Part shown: one piece after another, positions 18,425 to 27,577 of the stretch
Numbering within the stretch: the stretch's first letter is position 1
Layout of the letters: every line of letters begins with the position of its first letter
Source of the DNA: a virus
Length of the DNA: 64,000 nucleotides
Virus record (IMG/VR): IMGVR_UViG_3300012973_000014
Span: 22-64,021 of that record
Reading direction: 5' to 3' (one strand)
Program-made: the position numbers and the translations under genes
The notes under the pieces: model-generated
The model's input: only the letters and a program-made list of their open reading frames with translations
Told to the model about the DNA's origin: nothing
Databases searched by the model: none

Positions 18425-18450
18425 GACCCCGGCAGAGATGTACGGGGTTT
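18425..18450 (+). terminator. intrinsic terminator hairpin with conserved loop GCAGAGATGT
   Basis: gaCCCCGgcagagatgtaCGGGGtttt. Confidence 0.55.
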
Positions 18451-18477
18451 TGCAATGTTTAACTAAAAGAATGTATT

Positions 18478-18735
18478 ATGACACACGAAGACCAACAGAG
18501 GTTTATTGAGCTTGCTAAAAAAGCGAGGTATAATGAGGCTATGGATGAGCTGACCACTTTTGTATGTAATCATGTCGGAGAGGGTTTTAGCGGGCCGGAC
18601 GCCGAGCGAATGGCGGACGACTTCGCACTTCTTGCGGCTTGGATATATGACCGGCTGAACGGCGAGAATCCAAGGGCAAGGAGGAGTGTAACGAACAAGA
18701 TTAGGAAGGCGCTGGGGTACATACCTATGCAGTAG
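18478..18735 (+). CDS. hypothetical early protein
   Basis: 85 aa. Cassette at 18459. Confidence 0.5.
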   Translation: MTHEDQQRFIELAKKARYNEAMDELTTFVCNHVGEGFSGPDAERMADDFALLAAWIYDRLNGENPRARRSVTNKIRKALGYIPMQ

Positions 18736-18799
18736 TGAACAAGGAGGATGCGGGGAGGCCGGCATCCTCTTGCTATTAACCAACTAAATTTTATGTATT

Positions 18800-19120
18800 A
18801 TGGAAAAAGAATGGACAGAAGCAGGTATTAAGTATGTATTTGAAACTATCAAGAAGTGGATTAAGACAAGAACCTTCAAGACTCTAAAGAATGGAACCAT
18901 AGGTGGCTCTATGACGATTAAACAAATGGAGAATCTTCTTGGCTTGCCTTACTCGAGTTCCGGTAGACATGCGGGATTATGGATATGTAACGACGTTGTA
19001 TACTTGGACCTTGAGTGTAAGTATCATATCGCTGGGTTCTGTATGGATGTACGAGGATGCGTCTATGCTGAATGTTTTGATAAAGATGAAAACGAGTTGT
19101 TTATACCTATAAATAAGTAA
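18800..19120 (+). CDS. hypothetical early protein
   Basis: 106 aa. Cassette upstream. Confidence 0.5.
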   Translation: MEKEWTEAGIKYVFETIKKWIKTRTFKTLKNGTIGGSMTIKQMENLLGLPYSSSGRHAGLWICNDVVYLDLECKYHIAGFCMDVRGCVYAECFDKDENELFIPINK

Positions 19121-19123
19121 GTT

Positions 19124-19318
19124 ATGACTATCAAGGAATTACGAAAAATGTTCTGGACTGAAGTAGCCACAGATGAGATGCGTAAGGAGTATCGCAGTAG
19201 GAAAACGCAGAATGACTATTCTACCGATGTACGATGTGCTTGGGTGGATTTTACTGACCATGCAGTAAAGAGCGGGTGGATAACACAGAAGCAGTGTGAT
19301 GAACGAGCCACCTTGTAA
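19124..19318 (+). CDS. hypothetical early protein
   Basis: 64 aa, 3-nt spacing after the previous gene. Confidence 0.4.
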   Translation: MTIKELRKMFWTEVATDEMRKEYRSRKTQNDYSTDVRCAWVDFTDHAVKSGWITQKQCDERATL

Positions 19319-19382
19319 CTATGCAGCGACCTCGCAGGGATGTGGGGTTGTTGGCGAGTATTAACTAATTAAAATATGTATT

Positions 19383-19604
19383 ATGAGACGACAAGTAGAG
19401 AAAATCCCTTCTTGGGCTATAAATGCAATTATTAATAATGATTGTACAGGGTTGGAATATAGTGAGATAGATTTAATACAGAGATGGTTTGAGGATACGG
19501 GCTATGACTATGTTTGTACTCCGGATTCGGACCCGTATTTTACTAATTACCCTGCATTTGGACTACCTTGTGATGTTTATGACTGCATCTGTGTAACCTT
19601 GTAG
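19383..19604 (+). CDS. hypothetical early protein (Cys-rich C-terminus)
   Basis: 73 aa. Cassette at 19361. Confidence 0.45.
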   Translation: MRRQVEKIPSWAINAIINNDCTGLEYSEIDLIQRWFEDTGYDYVCTPDSDPYFTNYPAFGLPCDVYDCICVTL

Positions 19605-19661
19605 AGCTGACTCAGCCCGAGTGGTATTGGGTTGGGTTACGAGTATTAACCAATAAAAATT

Positions 19662-20036
19662 ATGAAAATGGAACTAACATTAAAAGAGATGGCTCAGATT
19701 GAGAGAGCTAGAGTAGAGGCAGCTAAGAAAGAAGAGGAGAGAATCCGTGAAGAACGACTTAGGCTAAAGACGGAGGTTGTAGATGTGTTATTCAATGAGA
19801 TTAAGGATTTTATCTCTACTGTGAGAAAAAGTGATAATCCTAACAATCCATACCTTTTTATACCTATAAAAGGTTATCCTCTTGATGGGCTATGGGGGTA
19901 TACAATATACCCCGAGACAACGCTTGACTATTTCATTGTACATTATAGAGATAGTAGTTGTTCTTACGCCTTCGACTATGAGAAACGCATGAATAAAAGA
20001 GAGTTTGCGGAGAAGGTGCTAAGCTTGTATTTGTAG
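19662..20036 (+). CDS. hypothetical early protein
   Basis: 124 aa. Cassette upstream. Confidence 0.5.
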   Translation: MKMELTLKEMAQIERARVEAAKKEEERIREERLRLKTEVVDVLFNEIKDFISTVRKSDNPNNPYLFIPIKGYPLDGLWGYTIYPETTLDYFIVHYRDSSCSYAFDYEKRMNKREFAEKVLSLYL

Positions 20037-20134
20037 AACCAATCGGGCGTCAAACAGGCGCTCACTATTTTTAACCAGCACCGGACAGGGAGCGTGCGCA
20101 TCTTGTGGAAGATGTTAGAGGCCTGTTGAGTATT

Positions 20135-20791
20135 ATGAAAAAAGAGAGCGAGAAGCTATTGAACGAGATTTATGTAATGACCGAGGACCAGAAGATTAAG
20201 GACAAGGTGTTGCAAATTTTAAGGATTGAAGCGCCTCAACCGAACGGTAAGTTTGATTACTTCAAGTATGTAAGCAAGGAACTTGCGAGACCGATTATGA
20301 CTGGTGTATTCCATGATAATGGTTTTAAGGTTGCGAGCGATTGCCATATTATTGTAGCTATTAAGGACTACTACGATATAAGCGAATTGGAAGGCAAGGT
20401 CGTAGGCAAGGACGGCGCATTCATTGAGGGTAATTATCCAAAATGGAGGACTGTTATTCCTGACTTTACCTCTAAGATGCATGATTACAGGACTGAAACG
20501 GTTAAGATTGATTTTGATAAATGGGCCGAGTTCATGAAGGCATATAAGGCTGATAAGAAACTAAATTTAGAAAAGCGTTGGGTTAAGATTGGAGAACAGT
20601 ATTATAGTGTGGATTTGTTCAACTTGCTTACTATCGCCATGAGGAGGATAGGGACGGATGAGATTACTAATTCTTGGAGTCAGTATGGTGGTACTGCCGG
20701 CGTATGCAACGGGAGCGACGGTAGTATTGCACTCTTGATGCCAGCGATGAGAGCGTATGACATAGATGATGACCAGTTTTACGTATTCTAG
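20135..20791 (+). CDS. hypothetical protein
   Basis: Start at the Met after the class-2 leader 'GTATTATG'. ORF track 20105..20791. Confidence 0.5.
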   Translation: MKKESEKLLNEIYVMTEDQKIKDKVLQILRIEAPQPNGKFDYFKYVSKELARPIMTGVFHDNGFKVASDCHIIVAIKDYYDISELEGKVVGKDGAFIEGNYPKWRTVIPDFTSKMHDYRTETVKIDFDKWAEFMKAYKADKKLNLEKRWVKIGEQYYSVDLFNLLTIAMRRIGTDEITNSWSQYGGTAGVCNGSDGSIALLMPAMRAYDIDDDQFYVF

Positions 20792-20857
20792 CAGTATGAG
20801 GGGGCGTTATCCGAGAGGGTGGCGTCTCTGCTATGATTAACTAAAAAAAGAAGTATT

Positions 20858-21382
20858 ATGAAAAAATTTGAAGACCTAACAAGTAGTGAGTTGTGGAAGT
20901 TAAGAGATGAGATTACATTAAACTCTATCTATGTAGCTGACTATGAGAACTCTTTCCGTTTTAATGCAAAATGTATCTGTGCCTTTTTCGATGGTTATGT
21001 AGATTACCTCTTTGAACTAGCTGAGGAGGATAAATTCCCAGTTGACGATGAGTTTGCTGTATTTGATAAATACGACACAGAAGATAATCTTTATAACTGG
21101 TTTTGCTGCTATGACGATTTGTCTTGGGTTGAGAGCGATATCAAGGTATTCCGCTTCTCCCAGACTTACAAAAAGACCGTTACATGGCGCGAGTATTACG
21201 ATATTGAGGCTGAATCATTGGAGGAGGCTTTAGAAAAGGTTGAGGAGTGTGATGGCGACTTGGATGACTGCGAAGATGCTGAGTTTGTTGAGGCCGAACA
21301 GGAGGAGGAGAATGATGTCGATGCATATCAGAGACGAGACATTGATACCATTTATGACCCGGACGGAGAGGAGGTGGAGTAG
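20858..21382 (+). CDS. highly acidic protein, candidate DNA-mimic/anti-restriction
   Basis: 174 aa. C-terminal 70 aa very D/E-rich ('EECDGDLDDCEDAEFVEAEQEEENDVD'). Confidence 0.5.
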   Translation: MKKFEDLTSSELWKLRDEITLNSIYVADYENSFRFNAKCICAFFDGYVDYLFELAEEDKFPVDDEFAVFDKYDTEDNLYNWFCCYDDLSWVESDIKVFRFSQTYKKTVTWREYYDIEAESLEEALEKVEECDGDLDDCEDAEFVEAEQEEENDVDAYQRRDIDTIYDPDGEEVE

Positions 21383-21446
21383 AGCAAAGCAGGACCGAGC
21401 AGTGATGTTTGGTTCTGTGCGATGTTTAACCAAAAAGATGTGTATT

Positions 21447-21704
21447 ATGATAAAAAGAACTGAAATTAAGAAAGCTGTATCTGACTTGGAAGAGATGCTC
21501 TATTTCTATGTAAAAGAACAACTTGAAAAGAACGGTGATATTGATATCTCCGTACAACTTGTTAGTAATGATTTTGATTGTTACGAAGCACAAAGACTCT
21601 TCTTGAGTGAAATCGGCGAACCTATGGTAGCCACTGATATGGAGCACCTTGAGTTTTGGGGTCTTAACCTTGAGGATATGCTGGTGATTTTTGAGAATAT
21701 ATGA
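21447..21704 (+). CDS. hypothetical acidic early protein
   Basis: Start at the Met after the cassette (TTAAC at about 21432). Inside ORF 21240..21704. Confidence 0.45.
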   Translation: MIKRTEIKKAVSDLEEMLYFYVKEQLEKNGDIDISVQLVSNDFDCYEAQRLFLSEIGEPMVATDMEHLEFWGLNLEDMLVIFENI

Positions 21705-21705
21705 T

Positions 21706-21734
21706 AATTAACCCTTACTTGAGCGATTGAGTAA
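21706..21734 (+). terminator. hairpin ACCCTTACT-N10-AGTAAGGGT, same family as 15944/16282
   Basis: Followed by TACGAATTATTAACC. Confidence 0.5.
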
Positions 21735-21769
21735 GGGTTACGAATTATTAACCAAAAAAACGAATTATT

Positions 21770-22126
21770 ATGAGTATTAAAGAAAAAATTGAACAGCAGT
21801 TTATTGCAGATTTTGATTTGGATATCTTCCTGAAATTTGTAGAGGACCAATTAAGGAAGCATGGCAATGCCGAGATAGGATTGGAATTTGATAGGTCGAA
21901 TAAGTCATTAAAATCAGCTCCTTTCCAAACAGAGGGGTATTTTACTTCTAAGAAGTGGCCTACTTTTGAAAGAGCGCGCAAAAATTATTACTGGAACTCT
22001 AATTGCCAAATACCGCATCAGTTAGTCCCGTATGTCAAAAAGCAGTTAACGGAGCAAGGACTTAAAACTTCGTGCAAAGGGGCGTGCGGTTACGATACCT
22101 ATGACATTCTTGTTGTGACTATGTAG
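21770..22126 (+). CDS. hypothetical early protein
   Basis: 118 aa. Cassette upstream. Confidence 0.5.
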   Translation: MSIKEKIEQQFIADFDLDIFLKFVEDQLRKHGNAEIGLEFDRSNKSLKSAPFQTEGYFTSKKWPTFERARKNYYWNSNCQIPHQLVPYVKKQLTEQGLKTSCKGACGYDTYDILVVTM

Positions 22127-22224
22127 CGAACTGGCAGGGATGATGCGAATTATCTCTGCTTACCAATTATTAACCAACCCGAACGCGTGAGGGTGCTCCG
22201 AGAGGAGTTATGGCGCGTATAATT

Positions 22225-22530
22225 ATGAAAAATAGTCAAGATTTGTACGCTATGTACAATGTTTTGGTTTCTGATGCCAAGGAGAGTATTAGGGACATCT
22301 TGAGTAAGCAACCTAAACAGAGGGTTATAGTGGATATGTGGGTTGTTGCGGATTATCACGAAGGAGCTGAAAGGGAAGCTGTTACCGGTATTCAACTAAG
22401 GGATGGTATGATAGAGCTTATCCTTCCCGACGGCGACATTGTGAGAAGCAAAAACGTATTGAACAGCGAATGGCTCTACATCTTAGAATGCGTTGAGTAT
22501 GAACTAGCTGAGAAGGAGGGAAAGTTATGA
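22225..22530 (+). CDS. hypothetical early protein
   Basis: Start after 'TATAATTATG'. ORF track 22210..22530. Confidence 0.45.
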   Translation: MKNSQDLYAMYNVLVSDAKESIRDILSKQPKQRVIVDMWVVADYHEGAEREAVTGIQLRDGMIELILPDGDIVRSKNVLNSEWLYILECVEYELAEKEGKL

Positions 22531-22853
22531 GCAAAGTAACATGTCTCTGCTATGGGCAGGAGCGGACTTTCAAGAGCAGGAAGGCTGCTATAGACTTTTA
22601 CGCTGAGGCGATGTTTGCAACAGAGGGAGCTGAATCGGAGAGGTATAGAACCATCTTGAGTAAACTGTACCGGGGCGATAAGGTGTGTAGTGATGAGGAA
22701 ATCAGTTGGGCTGGATTAGCTGCGGCTGGAGAGGAGTTTTACCAGCAAGTAGAGGAACGGGGAGTTAAGTTTCGTGATGATGAGCACGAGCAGGAAGCTC
22801 TGTTTGACTTTATCGAGCAGGTAAAGATGTACGGAAGAGCGGAGGTGAGGTAG
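22527..22853 (+). CDS. hypothetical early protein
   Basis: ATGA overlap with the upstream gene. 108 aa. Confidence 0.45.
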   Translation: MSKVTCLCYGQERTFKSRKAAIDFYAEAMFATEGAESERYRTILSKLYRGDKVCSDEEISWAGLAAAGEEFYQQVEERGVKFRDDEHEQEALFDFIEQVKMYGRAEVR

Positions 22854-22921
22854 CGTATGCGGAGTCGAGTAGAGATATTCGGCTCTGTACTATGTTTAAC
22901 CAATTAAAAAATGAATGTATT

Positions 22922-23251
22922 ATGAAGAAATGTGAATCATGGAGCGATGTAGAGCAAATTATAGCTCCTTTTGTCAAGAGTTATTTTAGCATGGACGACG
23001 AGGTTGTACCGACATTCAAGGATAGTCTTGCACGGGTAGGAAATTCCTTCACTGGATATGACAGGGTAGTCTCGTTTCAGACTAAAGAGGGTGTTATCGG
23101 CGAGGTTAGGAAACCGGTAACGAATGGCTATGGAGAGGCTTATAGAGATAGATGTAAAGATGGGTTTGTGCTGGGACTTCTTGGTAAGAACAATAAATGG
23201 ATATATGGCCCTGTAGAGCACATTAAGAGTACGATTGAGCTTGCTAAGTAG
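22922..23251 (+). CDS. hypothetical early protein
   Basis: Start at the Met after the cassette. ORF track 22892..23251. Confidence 0.45.
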   Translation: MKKCESWSDVEQIIAPFVKSYFSMDDEVVPTFKDSLARVGNSFTGYDRVVSFQTKEGVIGEVRKPVTNGYGEAYRDRCKDGFVLGLLGKNNKWIYGPVEHIKSTIELAK

Positions 23252-23314
23252 TATTACTCCCTTGAACTCTGACAGGTTCTTGGGGGACGAATAACCAATA
23301 AAAAATTAAGTATT

Positions 23315-23605
23315 ATGATAAAATATGTATGGGTAGATGACCGAATTACTGGTAAACATACCTATGAAGTTGATATTGAGGATTTGCAGGACCTTTTAGA
23401 TTCTCTTAATGCCGTCATATATTATAAAAAGGTTTTTTATGAGAGGCTGTCTGATGTTCCACTAGAGGTTGAGCGTGAGCAAATCTGTAGCTATGGGCTT
23501 CCTACTAATCTTTATATCACAATGGCTCCTACTATAACAATAGTACCAAAGGGTACTACTATAAGGAAATGGTACATTTTTGAGGAGTTTGTGTTTCCTA
23601 GATAA
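23315..23605 (+). CDS. hypothetical early protein
   Basis: 96 aa. Cassette variant ATAACCAAT. Confidence 0.45.
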   Translation: MIKYVWVDDRITGKHTYEVDIEDLQDLLDSLNAVIYYKKVFYERLSDVPLEVEREQICSYGLPTNLYITMAPTITIVPKGTTIRKWYIFEEFVFPR

Positions 23606-23714
23606 GATATAGCCCGCCTGAGCTTTATCAGGCTTGTTTGTTTGTTTGTTTTCATAGCCCCGTACCGCTGGGAAGTGTTGCGGGGTACAATTATTAACCA
23701 TTAAAAGAAGTATT

Positions 23715-24011
23715 ATGGAAAGACCTAAATTTAAAGAAGAGCGGATTATGTTTTATACTAAAGCTGAGTTGAATAGAGAACTCTTGTGGTGGGAATGTCG
23801 ACTCTCTAATCTTAAATCTGGGATAAAAGATTATCGAGACCAGAAAGACTGGGAAGTTAATCAGGCTATAATGATGGCTAAGCATGCCATACAAAACACA
23901 CGGGCTTTGTTAAACTTAAATTTAGATGAGTATTATTTGCAAGGTTCAAAGGTGGTAGCTATTACCACTATAGCAGAGAAGCGTGATGACTTAAAGTATT
24001 ACTTCACATGA
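23715..24011 (+). CDS. hypothetical early protein
   Basis: 98 aa. Cassette upstream. Confidence 0.5.
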   Translation: MERPKFKEERIMFYTKAELNRELLWWECRLSNLKSGIKDYRDQKDWEVNQAIMMAKHAIQNTRALLNLNLDEYYLQGSKVVAITTIAEKRDDLKYYFT

Positions 24012-24054
24012 AGTGGGGTAATGCACTGATTGTTAACTAATTAAAAAAAGTATT

Positions 24055-24333
24055 ATGAATAGAAAACCATGCGTGTTTATAAAGGAGACACAAGAAAACC
24101 CTACAGCTGCGGTGTTGGTTGTACGGTTTGATGATTTAGACAAGATAGGTCATACTAGATTTGAAATAGATGGTAAGTTACACATTCTTACCCATCCTAC
24201 TACTGCCGGTATAGAGTCTATCCTACTCAGGAATATCTTGGCTATTAAAGGATATTCTATTATAGATGAGAGAGATTTTGTGTGGGAAGATGGAGCCATA
24301 GATGTTGAATTTGTAACTGATATGCCTTATTGA
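24055..24333 (+). CDS. hypothetical early protein
   Basis: 92 aa. Cassette upstream. Confidence 0.5.
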   Translation: MNRKPCVFIKETQENPTAAVLVVRFDDLDKIGHTRFEIDGKLHILTHPTTAGIESILLRNILAIKGYSIIDERDFVWEDGAIDVEFVTDMPY

Positions 24334-24349
24334 TAAAGGAGGACGAGTA

Positions 24350-24700
24350 ATGGATAAACAATTTTTAGACTTAAAGACGCGGATAGAAAACATGTCCACT
24401 GAGAAGTTCGTGCAGTGGATGAACGAGGTGTTCTTGAATCGTAATGACCACGGGTATTACTGCAAAATTCACGAGGTAGATGATGATAAATATTGGTCGG
24501 ACTATATGCGACCTATAGGGGCTGAGATTGCCATTGGCATCGCGAATGGTGTCGAATGGGGCCGTTTTAATCGCGGAGAGAGATATGTTATGTATGTAGA
24601 ATATGATGATAATTTCATCACTTTTGACACCAAGGAGCAGTTCTTTAACGAGATTTGGCCCTTGGATGATATTATTTATGAAATGAATTGTAGGAGGTAA
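24350..24700 (+). CDS. hypothetical protein
   Basis: 116 aa. Shine-Dalgarno-like AAGGAGGA upstream instead of the cassette. Confidence 0.5.
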   Translation: MDKQFLDLKTRIENMSTEKFVQWMNEVFLNRNDHGYYCKIHEVDDDKYWSDYMRPIGAEIAIGIANGVEWGRFNRGERYVMYVEYDDNFITFDTKEQFFNEIWPLDDIIYEMNCRR

Positions 24701-24779
24701 TATGAACAGAGCCGGATGCATACAGTTTACCAAGGGGTATCAGGATGATATCTTCTTGGATATAGGTAGTTAGGTCCAG

Positions 24780-25190
24780 ATGAAATCATTTAAGCTGGGC
24801 CTTGCTTTTGATATCCTGAATAACTTGCCTCTGCAGGCATATAACTTTGATTACGGGTATCATACAGACTTGTCTCCTTGCGCCCTATTCTTCAATCCTA
24901 TGATGCTGTACCAAGCCATTCAAACAGTAATGACGAGTGTGCAGATACGTTCAGGTGTTGGGGAAGACGGCGTTCTGGTCCGTAACAAGAAGGAACTTAC
25001 CAAGGCGATAATTGCCGGACACAAGGTGATATACACCGTCAAGCCTAAGTGTAAATCTCTGGCAGAACAGGCTGAGTTTTATATGGAATTATGCGAGTAT
25101 ACGGCGGTGATTGAACGGTATATATACAAGGTGGCAAGGAAGAGGATGTTCAAGATGTTTAAAGTTATGATGAGTGGGTCGGAGCAGTGA
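24780..25190 (+). CDS. hypothetical protein
   Basis: 136-aa ORF. Confidence 0.45.
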   Translation: MKSFKLGLAFDILNNLPLQAYNFDYGYHTDLSPCALFFNPMMLYQAIQTVMTSVQIRSGVGEDGVLVRNKKELTKAIIAGHKVIYTVKPKCKSLAEQAEFYMELCEYTAVIERYIYKVARKRMFKMFKVMMSGSEQ

Positions 25191-25229
25191 TGTTCCTTCC
25201 CTTCCAATTTTTAACTAAAATGAAGTATT

Positions 25230-25424
25230 ATGGAAACGAAAGAATGCAAGCAATGCCGAATAACACGCCCTTTGAGCGACTTTTGTATAAGGTTTGGTGT
25301 TATATCCAACACATGTAAACATTGTGGAAAAGCGTTAAGGAGGGAACGAAAGGAGTTTATTAAATCTATTATGCCAGCTGTGCTAAAATTAAGGGAGGAC
25401 TTAAGAAATGCCATCAGGAGATAG
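25230..25424 (+). CDS. small zinc-ribbon protein (paralog of 27213..27527 N-terminus)
   Basis: 'METKECKQC...CKHC'. Cassette upstream. Confidence 0.45.
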   Translation: METKECKQCRITRPLSDFCIRFGVISNTCKHCGKALRRERKEFIKSIMPAVLKLREDLRNAIRR

Positions 25425-26475
25425 ACCTGCAAAGAAGGTTGTTTGCGCTATTTGTGGCGTAGAGTTTTGGACTACGGGTACTAATACAAGGTACTGCGAT
25501 AATATCGCTTGTCGTAATGAAGCATCCCGGATTTCTGCTAAGAGGTGTTCTGAGAAGAAAGACGCAGATAAGATGAAGTACAAAGATTTGTATGACAAGG
25601 TTATAAAGGACGGTATAGACTGGGATTTACCAGCGACTTTGGATAAAATTACTGAAGCGATTAAACTCGTAGACGATTTATCTAAAATGATTAATGGTAA
25701 GTATTTAAACATGTCTATTACAGAACTAAAAGAAGCTTTGGTCATCTATAAGACAAAAAGATGTAATAGCGGTACATTAGAAACGGGTATTCCTGAAGTA
25801 GATGATTATGTAAGAGATAATATAATGGGTTTTATCGACTCATTATTTGATTACCAACGCTATTCATTGAAAGATATGGTTGATTGTTGCAGCCGTTTAT
25901 ATTTAGACAATACCCCTAACTATACATTATCAGAGGAAGATGCTAATTCTGGTAAGCCTTATAAATACTATGAGATTGTATATTTGAGCGAATTAGGTAA
26001 ATACCGTTTTCGTCAACTCAACGCTGGCGGACTTATAGAGGACTATTCGGGTAAGTGTTGTAATAAAGAGTGCCCATATAATTTTGAACCTTCTTATAAA
26101 TATTCATGGGAAAGGGGTCGTGGATGTTCTCTCATCTGCAACCAAGATGGCTCCCGCAGGTCATCTATTACACAAGGACGTTGTTCTTTATTTATAAGGT
26201 GTGAGTATAGAAGGCTGGTGGATGATAAGCAGAGAGCTATGAAAGCCTGTAGATATCATATTGCGAGAAGGTATTTAAAATACACCGTAGATTTTGAAAT
26301 TGTGAGAGCTTTACGAGAGTTATTCTTTTTAGAAAAGCTTCCTAATAAGAATGTTTCATCTCGTATGGTAAAACTGATTAGAGAAAATTGTGAAACTTTT
26401 ATAAAGAAAGATTTTTATTCTAAAAATAAGAAACTCATTGATAGATATAATTACTTACACAAAAAAACATTCTGA
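25408..26475 (+). CDS. hypothetical protein with N-terminal zinc ribbon
   Basis: 355 aa. 'CAICGVEF...YCDNIACRNE'. AAGGGAGGA upstream. Confidence 0.5.
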   Translation: MPSGDRPAKKVVCAICGVEFWTTGTNTRYCDNIACRNEASRISAKRCSEKKDADKMKYKDLYDKVIKDGIDWDLPATLDKITEAIKLVDDLSKMINGKYLNMSITELKEALVIYKTKRCNSGTLETGIPEVDDYVRDNIMGFIDSLFDYQRYSLKDMVDCCSRLYLDNTPNYTLSEEDANSGKPYKYYEIVYLSELGKYRFRQLNAGGLIEDYSGKCCNKECPYNFEPSYKYSWERGRGCSLICNQDGSRRSSITQGRCSLFIRCEYRRLVDDKQRAMKACRYHIARRYLKYTVDFEIVRALRELFFLEKLPNKNVSSRMVKLIRENCETFIKKDFYSKNKKLIDRYNYLHKKTF

Positions 26476-26478
26476 ATT

Positions 26479-26739
26479 ATGAAACCAGTAAACGAAAAAT
26501 CACTATTACATCACTTGTTTGAGCAGATGGATAAATTAGACAAGGGTGAAATTACTACCGAGCGAGCTGTTGCTCATGCTAAATTAGCAAATGAAGCCAC
26601 GAAATTATTCAAGCAGGAAATGGACCGAGCAAGGTTGTTTATGGATTTGCAAGACCATGCAGCCAAGACTGGTCAAATGATTGGGCTTAGAGAGTTAGCG
26701 TCAAAAGGATTTGATGATACGACCAAGGTGATTGGGTAG
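26479..26739 (+). CDS. hypothetical protein
   Basis: 86-aa ORF. Confidence 0.45.
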   Translation: MKPVNEKSLLHHLFEQMDKLDKGEITTERAVAHAKLANEATKLFKQEMDRARLFMDLQDHAAKTGQMIGLRELASKGFDDTTKVIG

Positions 26740-26835
26740 AACAAAGAGACTGGGACCTAATCGTCCCTTTCTCTGCCATTTTTAACCAGCACGGAGCCGG
26801 TGTAGTGCGCCTAAATAGGTAATGGCCGGATGATT

Positions 26836-26979
26836 TATGAGACAACAATTTGTGCAGTGCAGGTATCGCTACCAAGCATTAAAGGAATGCCCTTGGAGTA
26901 GTAGGGTTGCAAAAGTGAACGGTGGCTATATGTGCTTTGAATCAATTAGTGATTATTATACATGGAGGAATCAGAAATG
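26836..26979 (+). CDS. hypothetical small protein (47 aa)
   Basis: Read by hand behind the class-2 leader at 26780. Below the ORF-track size cutoff. Confidence 0.3.
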
Positions 26980-27210
26980 AACAAACAAAGAAGAAAGCGT
27001 TTAGAAGATGTTGTGTCCCGCCTTGAGGAATGCATGTCCGACTTGGAGTTTATCAAGGAAGAGGAGCAGGAGGCTTATGATAACCTACCTGAGTCAATCC
27101 AGTACTCAGAAAGGGGCGAGTTAATGCAGGAGATTGCTGATGATATAGATTATGCCATTAGCGATTTGGACCAAGTAATCGATAGTGTTAATGAAATAAT
27201 AAATAAATAG
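26962..27210 (+). CDS. small acidic helical protein
   Basis: 82 aa, D/E-rich. Confidence 0.45.
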   Translation: MEESEMNKQRRKRLEDVVSRLEECMSDLEFIKEEEQEAYDNLPESIQYSERGELMQEIADDIDYAISDLDQVIDSVNEIINK

Positions 27211-27212
27211 TT

Positions 27213-27527
27213 ATGGAAACAAAAGTATGTTCAGTGTGCGGTCAAGAGTTACCTCTTGAGGATTTCGTGAAAAATAGTAGATGCAAGGATGGGTATGGGG
27301 CTCATTGCAAGAAGTGTCATAACAAGAAATACCCTTATCATTATAAGGATAAAGCGAATAAGAAGGTTGAAGTTAAGGATGCTCCGGTTGTCTCTGATTA
27401 TGTAAAGAGAGAACTTGAGCAGAATAATCTGCTCGTCATTCCTCCACGCTTACTTATAGCAGCGTTGAGGTATCACGGTTATCGTGGTGAACTGCAGAAA
27501 GTGACAGTAGAGACTGTCGTTATTTAG
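27213..27527 (+). CDS. zinc-ribbon protein (paralog of 25230..25424)
   Basis: 'METKVCSVCGQELPLEDF...CKKCHNKK'. Confidence 0.45.
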   Translation: METKVCSVCGQELPLEDFVKNSRCKDGYGAHCKKCHNKKYPYHYKDKANKKVEVKDAPVVSDYVKRELEQNNLLVIPPRLLIAALRYHGYRGELQKVTVETVVI

Positions 27528-27577
27528 CAAGGGCTGGTGCGACGGCTTACAAGTATTAACCTTAAAAGATAAATGAT

